From: Dehalococcoidia bacterium
GTDB lineage: Bacteria > Chloroflexota > Dehalococcoidia > Lucifugimonadales > JAGWBF01
DNA length: 64,000 nucleotides
Direction of reading: 5' to 3'
NCBI GenBank assembly: GCA_965224415.1
Contig: CBDCZB010000005.1
Location: 565,846 to 629,845, forward strand
Part shown: piece after piece, positions 46,297 through 56,000 of the stretch
How positions within the stretch are numbered: position 1 is the first letter of the stretch
Layout: each line of letters starts with the position of its first letter
Made by a program: the position numbers and the translations under genes
Notes under the pieces: model-generated
Seen by the model: only the letters and a program-made list of their open reading frames with translations
What the model was told of the DNA's origin: nothing
The model's database searches: none

Positions 46297-49200
46297 GCCG
46301 TCCCCACGCACGTGGGGGTGAACCGTCTCCGCCGGCATCGCCGAGGCGCACGACGGGGCCGTCCCCACGCACGTGGGGGTGAACCGTGATAGCGGCAGCT
46401 GTGAAAGAGAACACCGCCGCCGTCCCCACGCACGTGGGGGTGAACCGTCCTACGCTCCGAGCTCCGACGCCTTTATGACGCCGTCCCCACGCACGTGGGG
46501 GTGAACCGCATGGTCGAGGAGGGTCGAGGTCACAGCTGGGCGCCGTCCCCACGCACGTGGGGGTGAACCGATGTTGTCTGAGGTTGACGAGGGCGAGGTG
46601 CAGCCGTCCCCACGCACGTGGGGGTGAACCGGACACCCACCCATGACACATGGCCCTTCACACGCCGTCCCCACGCACGTGGGGGTGAACCGCCCTTGAT
46701 AACCCACGCAACACCAAGCCAGCCGCCGTCCCCACGCACGTGGGGGTGAACCGCTTTTATCGAGTCGATAGGTCTGCGCGCGCTTGCCGTCCCCACGCAC
46801 GTGGGGGTGAACCGATGATGACGCTCCAATTCAGGCACCTTTGAACGCCGTCCCCACGCACGTGGGGGTGAACCGATTGCCGGGGCCGCCATAGACGCGT
46901 TGAAGTGGCCGTCCCCACGCACGTGGGGGTGAACCGGCGAGCGCATGGGACTGTCCCTCGGCCAGGTCGCCGTCCCCACGCACGTGGGGGTGAACCGGAG
47001 CAGCAGCCGGAGGAGCGCCGCGGCCTGTTGCCGTCCCCACGCACGTGGGGGTGAACCGGGGTAATGATGGCCCGCAAATACATGTGCGTCGCCGTCCCCA
47101 CGCACGTGGGGGTGAACCGCAGGCCAGGGTTTCCCCTGGGTAGGCGTCGCCGCCGTCCCCACGCACGTGGGGGTGAACCGGGGTAATGAATGATGGCCCG
47201 CAAATACATGTGGCCGTCCCCACGCACGTGGGGGTGAACCGCCATCGAATACGCACCGAGAGACGCAGCAGGCGCCGTCCCCACGCACGTGGGGGTGAAC
47301 CGGAGCGGTACGCGATGTATGGCTCGGGCCTCGGGCCGTCCCCACGCACGTGGGGGTGAACCGGCGGTGTGTCACGAGTCTGGCATCCAGTCTATGCCGT
47401 CCCCACGCACGTGGGGGTGAACCTGATCACTACTCCGAATGTGCCTCTGATACCGCGCCGTCCCCACGCACGTGGGGGTGAACCGGTGACCCCTACCGAC
47501 GGCTCAGCGTCCGTCGCGCCGTCCCCACGCACGTGGGGGTGAACCGTCTCGCCGCTCGACCACCCTGACTCTCATGTGGCCGTCCCCACGCACGTGGGGG
47601 TGAACCGCTGGTGACGTGGCTATCGACGATCGGACTGTCGCCGTCCCCACGCACGTGGGGGTGAACCGGTGACCCCGAGCGACGGCTCAGCGGCCCTCAC
47701 GCCGTCCCCACGCACGTGGGGGTGAACCGGCAGTCGGGTAAACACCTCGTCCACCCTGGCAGCCGTCCCCACGCACGTGGGGGTGAACCGGCCGAGGCAG
47801 TCTATTGGGCGGCGGCCACCTCGCCGTCCCCACGCACGTGGGGGTGAACCGGCCCACCTTGTGAGCAATCGGAACAGGCCCGCGCCGTCCCCACGCACGT
47901 GGGGGTGAACCGGAGGACTGTGTGGAGGTGATCCGCCCCTTTAAGCCGTCCCCACGCACGTGGGGGTGAACCGTCGACCACGCGCCCGCAGGTCGTCACT
48001 CCTAGGCCGTCCCCACGCACGTGGGGGTGAACCGACTTCACGGACCAGGGGCGGCGACGGATCACGGCCGTCCCCACGCACGTGGGGGTGAACCGACTGG
48101 TCAGGAACGCCGCCTGCCTGGCTGCAAGCCGTCCCCACGCACGTGGGGGTGAACCGAGTGGCTTGACATTGCGGGGCTGCGCATCGGCGCCGTCCCCACG
48201 CACGTGGGGGTGAACCGGGCGCCGAGTGCTACGTGGGGCTAGATCTGGCGCCGTCCCCACGCACGTGGGGGTGAACCGCCAACCCTGCTGAAGCCGGGTG
48301 CGGAGAAGCTGCCGTCCCCACGCACGTGGGGGTGAACCGCGCTTCGAGGGCACGATGCGCAAGGCTGGCGAGCCGTCCCCACGCACGTGGGGGTGAACCG
48401 TTTACTACTAGAGCTCTAGTCAGTCTAGTTAAGCCGTCCCCACGCACGTGGGGGTGAACCGACCATCGCCGCGAGTCGTTCGTACGGTTCCACGCCGTCC
48501 CCACGCACGTGGGGGTGAACCGGCGAGGGAAGTAGCGGCTCCGTTCGCCTGTGTGCCGTCCCCACGCACGTGGGGGTGAACCGGACGAATTGCGGGAGTA
48601 TCAGGGTCCGAACAAGCCGTCCCCACGCACGTGGGGGTGAACCGTCGGGGAGGACAACCTGCCGCGCATCGTGGTAGCCGTCCCCACGCACGTGGGGGTG
48701 AACCGTCAAGCCCCAGCAGGCCCGGACGGTGCTGCGGCCGTCCCCACGCACGTGGGGGTGAACCGCTTGCTCGCGGCTGGCCTGACGGCGGGCGCGGCGC
48801 CGTCCCCACGCACGTGGGGGTGAACCGCAGGCATCGGTACGCGCTACCCTGCGAGCACGGCCGTCCCCACGCACGTGGGGGTGAACCGGTCTGCGCGTGG
48901 CTAGGTTCCCGTACCTTCCCGCCGTCCCCACGCACGTGGGGGTGAACCGGTAGTGGGGGAGCGGCATTGCCGGATTTGCGGGCCGTCCCCACGCACGTGG
49001 GGGTGAACCGGATAAGGCCGAGGCTGCTCGTATCAAGGCGGCGCCGTCCCCACGCACGTGGGGGTGAACCGGGTACTCGTGTAAGCCATCAAGGGGGTAA
49101 GAAGCCGTCCCCACGCACGTGGGGGTGAACCGCCCGGCACACTCACAGAGAGTTGAATTTGCGCGCCGTCCCTACGCACGTGGGGGTGAACCGTCCTCGG

Positions 49201-49376
49201 CCGGCGTCACGTCCAGCGCGCCGGGGCCGTCCCCACGCACGTGGGGGTGAACCGCGTCTCCGTAACCGAATCCCGCACGCCTCTCCGCCGTCCCCACGCA
49301 CGTGGGGGTGAACCCCGGTGAGGCGGTCTTTGAGATCGCGAAGGCCCGCCGTCCCCACGCACGTGGGGGTGAACCG
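46297..49376 (+). CRISPR. type I-E CRISPR array, 51 repeats / 50 spacers
   Basis: 29-nt repeat GCCGTCCCCACGCACGTGGGGGTGAACCG, first copy 46297-46325, last 49348-49376, 61-nt period. Spacers are 32 nt except 33 nt (46509-46541, 48766-48798) and 31 nt (48706-48736). Stem CCCCAC/GTGGGG and 3' GAACCG give + orientation. Single-base variants at 47424, 49173, 49315. Possible degenerate extra repeat 49409-49437. Confidence 0.97.
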
Positions 49377-49742
49377 GAAACCCTCGAACAGAAGGGGACG
49401 AGGGGCCAGCCGTGCGGTTCCCAGAGAACTGAAGGTTCTCGACTTGTCCGTTTGGTGGCGCCAACCGTCACAATACAGGAATCGCTAGTCCGGTGTGCTT
49501 TGACAGCTTGCCCATCCACATTTCGAAGATAGCGGAATCTACCGTAAACCGTGGTGGGCCTAAGCGTACTGTACTGCGAACTTTTGAGTGGGTGGTTGAG
49601 TTGTAGCCATCTGCATGAGCAGCATAAGGGAGACAACCTCTCCTCGCCTGCGGGCATCCCGCCTTCGCTCACAGCAACCACTCCCTCTTTTACCGAGGGT
49701 TGCTACGGGCGAGGGCGGGGCAGTTGGCTGGGGTGGAGACCT

Positions 49743-50030
49743 GACGCCGGCTGTCCATTTGCCGATGTTACCCCCATCCTCGCCAAAGGCCCGCACCGAG
49801 TAGAGGTAGCTTTGCCTAGCTTCCAGCCCACTGATCACGTCCAAGTACTCGGCGCCCCCCATCGTCATCGGCGTCCTCCACCCGGCGGGCGATGACATCA
49901 TAGCTGCTTTCGGCGTCCTCCACCCGGCGGCGCACCCGGTAGAAGGCATCATCTCCGGCTCCGGCGGGGGCTTCCCAGGGCAGCAGCGCCGAGCCGTCGA
50001 CCCAAGGGTCATCTGGACATTGCCTGGGCG
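49743..50030 (-). pseudogene. decayed FN3-like module, paralog of giant-gene segment ~52310-52610
   Basis: Three frames carry ARPGNVQ, DGSALLPWEAPAGAGDDAFYRVRRRVEDAESSYDVIARRVEDADDDGG and AEYLDVISGLEARQSYLYSVRAFGEDGGNIGKWTAGV. These are colinear with RPGNVQAALQADGSVLVTWEAPAGAGDDTFYRVRRRLDTADSSYAVIARRVEDADNDGAAEYRDDDGDLEAGQSYLYSVRAFDGDGDKLGQWTDGV. Confidence 0.5.
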
Positions 50031-50044
50031 CGCCTGTCTCCCGC

Positions 50045-53000
50045 CTACTCCCCCGTCGCCGCCGTCATCACTACCAACACGCTGTCCTCACTGTCCTCAC
50101 TGTCGTAGGCGGTGATCCGGTATTCGTACCGGGTGCCCTCCTCCACATCTGCGTCGTAGAGACTCGTTGCATCGGTACGCCCCGGCATCGGCTGGCCGTT
50201 CTTCCGTATGAGATAGTAAGCCGCCCCGTCAACTTTGTCCCACTTTACCAAGACCCGCCCTTGGTTTGTGATGAAGACGGCTGTAGCTTGGTAAGAATCA
50301 GACTTGGACTCCTCCTGCCCGCTGTCATCGGCTTCCGTTTCATCCCCGTTGGCCGGGGCAGCGTCGGACGGCGCCGCGCCGGCGGTGACCGCGCTGGCCG
50401 CCTCAGACCAAGGCCCCCAACCCTCAGCGTTCTTCGCCCGCACCCGCACCGCGTAGGAAGTCCCCTCCGCCACCGTTTGCCCGTCCCGGTTCACCAGGTT
50501 GTAGCCGGTGGCCGTCCCCGTGGGCGTCGGATTAACGTCGGCGTAGGCGGAATCTTCCTCCGAGGCCAGCTTGTATTGGATGCCGTAGCCGGTAATGGTG
50601 GAAGAACCATCCGCCGGCGCCGTCCAGGTGACCCGGAAAGAAGTCTCCTCAACGTTGATTATCTCCGGCGTGGCCGGCTGGCCCGGCGGCGTGTCCGCCA
50701 CGTCCGTTACCGTGATGGTCACCTCAACGCTGGCGGACAGCCCGCCGCCGTCGGTGGCGGTCACCGTTACCGCGTAGGAGTCCTTGGACTCGTAGTCCAG
50801 GTCGCCCTTGGTTCTGAGTTGGCCGCTGCCAGTGTCAATGGCGAAGTGACCGTCATCCATCGTTGTACCCAGAGTGTAGGTCAACGTATCTCCAACGTCC
50901 GGGTCCGTGGCCGTGGGAGAGTTGGCGATGGCCGTGTCGGCCGCCGAGTTCTCCGCCACCTCCACCGTTGCGCTGGCGGCGGCAAAGGCCGGGGCTTCGT
51001 TGGGCGGCACCCCGCCGGCGGTGGCCACGCTGGCCGCCTCAGACCAAGGCCCCCAACCCTCAGCGTTCCTCGCCCGCACCCGCACTGCGTAGGAAGTCCC
51101 CGCCGCCACCGTCTGCCCGCCCCGGTTCACCACGTTGTAGCCGGTGGCCGTCCCCGTGGGCGTCGGCGTGACATCGGCGTAGGCGGAATCTTCCTCTGAA
51201 GCCAGCTTGTATTGGATGCCGTAGCCGGTAATGGCGGAAGAACCCTCCGCCGGCGCCGTCCAGGTGACCCGGAAGGAAGTCTCCTCAACGTTGATTATCT
51301 CCGGCGTGTCCGGCTGGCCCGGCGGCGTGTCCGCCACGTCCGTTACCGTGATGGTCACCTCAACGCTGGCGGTCAGTCCGTCGCCGTCGGTGGCGGTTAC
51401 CGTCACCGTGTAAGAACTCTGGCTCTCGTAGTCCAAAGCCCCGCTGGTCTGCAACTGGCCGCTATCGGCGCCAATGGCGAAGTGGCCCGAGTCCTTGCCG
51501 TCCAAGGTGTAAGTCAAGGTATCTCCGGCGTCCGGGTCGGTGGCCGTCAGGGCGTCACCGATGGCCGTGTTGGCCGCGGTGTTCTCCGCCACCTCCACCG
51601 TTGCGCTGGCGGCGGTGAAGGACGGCGGGTTGTTGGACGCCTCGGACGGCGCCGCGCCGGAGGTGACCGCGCTGGCCGCGTCGGACCAGAGGCCCCAGCC
51701 CTCGGCGTTCTTCGCCCGCACCCGCACTGCGTAGGACGTGCCCTCCGCTACCGTTTGCCCGCCCCCGTTCACCAGGTTGTAGCCGGTGACCGTCCCCGTG
51801 GGCGTCGGCGTGACATCGGCGTAGGCGGAATCTTCCTCTGAGGCCAGCTTGTATTGGATGCCGTAGCCGGTGATGGCGGAAGAACCCGCCGCCGGCGCCG
51901 TCCAGGTGACCCGGAACGAAGTCTCCTCAACGTTGATTATCTCCGGCGTGTCCGGCTGGCCCGGCGGTGTGTCCGCCACGTCCGTTACCGTGATGGTCAC
52001 CTCAACGCTGGCGGACAGCCCGCCATCATCGGTGGCGGTTACCGTCACCGTGTAAGAACTCTGGCTCTCGTAGTCCAAAGCCCCGCTGGTCTGCAACTGG
52101 CCGCTATCGGCGTCGATGGTGAAGTGGCCGTCGTCGGCAGTGCTGCCCAGGGCGTAGGTCAGGCTGTCCCCGTCCGGGTCCTTGGCCTCAACCGGGGCGC
52201 CGATGTCCGCGCCGGCGGCGGTATTCTCGGCGACGCTGACCTCTGCCGCGCTGTCGGCGAAGGTTGGCGCATTGTTGGCCGCCCGCTTCTCCTTCTCTGC
52301 CGGCGCGGCGGCCGGGATGGAGACCTTGACGCCATCAGTCCATTGCCCCAGCTTATCCCCGTCCCCGTCGAAGGCGCGCACCGAGTAGAGGTAGCTCTGC
52401 CCGGCCTCCAGGTCGCCGTCATCGTCCCGGTACTCAGCGGCCCCGTCGTTGTCGGCGTCCTCCACCCGGCGGGCAATGACCGCGTAGCTGCTGTCCGCAG
52501 TGTCCAGGCGGCGGCGCACCCGGTAGAAGGTGTCGTCTCCGGCCCCGGCCGGCGCTTCCCAGGTCACCAGCACCGAACCGTCGGCCTGCAACGCAGCCTG
52601 GACGTTGCCGGGACGCGGCGCTTCCTCCACATCGTCAACTTTGATGGTCACGGTGATGATGGCGGTCAGCCCGCCGCTGTCGGTGGCGGTTACCGTTACC
52701 GCGTAGGAACTGGCGCCTTCGTAGTCCAAGTCGCCCTTGGTCTTGAGTTGGCCGCTGTCGGCGTCGATGGCGAAGTGACCGTCGTCGGCCTCGCTGCCCA
52801 GGGTGTAAGTCAGGCTGTCCACGGCGTCCGGGTCCGTGGCCTCAACCGGGTCGCCGATGGCCGTGCCGGCGGCGGTGTTCTCCGCTACGCTGACCTCTGC
52901 CGCGCTGTCGGCGAAGTACGGCGCGTCGTTCACGTTGGTTACCGTGATGGTCACGGCGATGCTGGCCGACAAGCCGACAGCATCGGTGGCGCTTACCGTC

Positions 53001-56000
53001 ACCGCGTAGGAGATCTGGCCCTCGTAGTCCAGCGCCCCGCTGGTCTGCAACTGGCCGCTATCGGCGTCGATGGCAAAGTGGCCGTCATCCGCCGTCGTAC
53101 CCAGGGCGTAGGTCAGGCTGTCCCCGTCCGGCTCCGTGGCCTCAACCGGACCGCCGATGGCCGTGCCCGCTACCGTGTTCTCCGCCACCATGACCTCTGC
53201 CGCGCTGCCGGCGAAGTACGGGGCGCGGTTGGCGACCACCGGCGCCGCCCGTACCTGGCTGCCGAACTCGGCCGCCGTCGCCATACCGTCGCCGTCCCAG
53301 TCCGCTTTCAGCGCCGGGTACTGGCTGCCGGTCCCGAAGTCCCAGGTGGCCGCGTCCCAGCCGGCATAGATGCCGCTGGCCCCAGTGGGGTTGCTCAGCT
53401 CGGCGGTGGTCTTGCCCTCGCCGCCCCGGCTGTCAGCCTGCCCGCTGGTCTCGCTGTTCCAGTAGCTGGCGGTTACTGTGGCGCCACGGCTGAGCCCGAC
53501 CAGCCCACCCACGTTCTTTCCCCCTTGCACTGCGCCGGTGGCGTAGCTGGTTTCCACTGTTCCCAGCAGCACTCCCACCAGCCCGCCGGCGGTGTCCCCG
53601 CTGGTTACGCTGCCGGTGGCGTAGCTGGCTTCTATCGCTCCGCGCAGGTGGCCTGCCAGCCCGCCAACATTGGTCTTCGCGCCGGTCACGCGGGCGGTGG
53701 CATAGCTCCGTCTGACCCGTCCGTCTTCATGTACGAAGCCCGCCAGCCCGCCCACGTTCTCGTCGCCGGAGACGCTGCCGTCGGCGTGGACGGCTTCCAC
53801 CACCCCAAAGAGGATTCCCACCAGCGCTCCCACATTCACCTGGCTGGCGACATTCGCGTTGGTCAAGCTCAGGTTGCGGATAGTCCCGCTCCGCCCCACG
53901 GCCCCGAACAACCCCACGCTCTTGCGCCCCGGCCGGTCGATGAACAGGTTGGCGATGGTATGCCCGTTGCCGTCGAAGACAGCGTTGAACTTGGGGTCGC
54001 TGGGGCGCTTCAGGCCGACGTTGCCGCCCAGGGGTTCCCAGCCGGCGCCGCCGTTCCAGTAGGCATCGTCAGCGTCAACATCCCCGTTGCCGTCGGTGTC
54101 GAAGTCCAAGTCTGCCGCCAGTTCGTAGCCGCTGCAGCCGCTGTCGGGGCAGCCCATGCCGGCCGCCGCGTCCGGGAAGGCGTCGCTGTAACCGGCGTTT
54201 TCGGAGGCGCCATCGCCGTCCAGGTCCAAGCGGATGGCGTGCAGTTGGGCCAGGTTGGCAACCTCGATGAGGCCGTCGCCATCGGCGTCGTAGTCCACTC
54301 TCTCAGCCACGTTGGTCACTGTGATAGTTACGGCGATGCTGGCGCTCAGGCCGCCGCCGTCGGTGGCCGTGACCGTTACCGCGTAGGAGTCCTTGCCCTC
54401 GTAGTCTAGGTCGCCCTTGGTTCTGATCTGGCCGCTGCCGGCGTCGATGGCGAAGTGACCGTCATCCATCGTCGTACCCAGAGTGTAGGTCAACGTGTCG
54501 CCAGCGTCCAGGTCGGTGGCCGTCAGTGCGTCGCCGATGTCCGTCCCGGCCGCCGTGTTTTCCGCCACGCTGACCGTCGCGCTGGCGGCGGCGAAGGACG
54601 GCGGGTTGTTGGCCGGCGGCGCCCCGGCGGTGACCACGCTGGCCGCGTCGGACCAGAGGCCCCAGCCCTCGGCGTTCTTCGCCCGCACCCGCACTGCGTA
54701 GGAAGTTCCCTCCGCCACCGTTTGCCCGCCCCCGTTCACCAGGTTGTAGCCGGTGACGGTCCCCCTCTTCGTCGGTTTCGCGTCGGCGTAGGCCGAATCT
54801 TCCTCCCAGGCCAGCTTGTATTGGATGCCGTAGCCGGTAATGGCGGAAGAACCCTCCGTCGGCGCCGTCCAGGTGACCCGGAAGGAAGTCTCCTCAACGT
54901 TGATTATCTCCGGCGTGTCCGGCTGACCCGGCGGCGTGTCCGCCACGTCGGTCACGGTGATGGTCACGGCGATGCTGTCCGCCAGCCCGCCGCCGTCGGT
55001 GGCCGTCACCGTCACCGCGTAGGAGTCCTTGCCCTCGTAGTCTAGGTCGCCCTTGGTTCTGATCTGGCCGCTGCCGGCGTCGATGGCGAAGTGACCGTCA
55101 TCCATCGTCGTACCCAGAGTGTAGGTCAACGTGTCGCCAGCGTCCAGGTCGGTGGCCGTCAGTGCGTCGCCGATGTCCGTCCCGGCCGCCGTGTTCTCCG
55201 CCACGCTGACCGTTGCGCTGGCGGCGGCGAAGGACGGCGGGTTGTTGGCCGGCGGCGCCCCGGCGGTGACCACGCTGGCCGCGTCGGACCAGAGGCCCCA
55301 GCCCTCGGCGTTCTTCGCCCGCACCCGCACTGCGTAGGAAGTTCCCTCCGCCACCGTTTGCCCGCCCCCGTTCACCAGGTTGTAGCCGGTGACGGTCCCC
55401 CTCTTCGTCGGCTTCGCGTCGGCGTAGGCCGAATCTTCCTCCCAGGCCAGCTTGTATTGGATGCCGTAGCCGGTAATGGCGGAAGAACCCTCCGCCGGCG
55501 CCGTCCAGGTGACCCGGAAGGAAGTCTCCGCAACGTTGATTATCTCCGGCGTGTCCGGCTGGCCCGGCGGCGTGTCCGGCTGGCCCGGCGGCGTGTCCGC
55601 CACGTCCGTTACGGTGATGGTCACGTCGATGCTGGCGGACAGCCCGCCGCCGTCGGTAGCGGTTACCGTTACCGTGTAGGAGTCCTGGGACTCGTAGTCC
55701 AGCGCCCCGCTGGTCTGCAACTGGCCGCTGTTGGAATCTATCGTAAAGTGGAGGTCATCTGTCGTCGTACCCAGGGTGTAGGTCAAGGTGTCTCCGGCGT
55801 CCGGGTCGGTGGCCGTGGGGGAGTTGGCGATGGCCGTGTTGGCGGCGGTGTTTTCCGCCACGCTGACCGTCGCGCTGGCGGCGGCGAAGGACGGCGGGTT
55901 GTTGGCCGGCGGCGCCCCGGCGGTGACCACGCTGGCCGCGTCGGACCAGAGGCCCCAGCCCTCGGCGTTCTTCGCCCGCACCCGCACTGCGTAGGAAGTT

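Noticed and set aside
46145-49681. Many minus- and plus-strand ORFs of 65-281 aa inside 46.1-49.7 kb
   Set aside because: They are translations of the CRISPR repeat (recurring SPPRAWGR, HPHVRGDG, FTPTCVGTA) joined by spacers; not genes.
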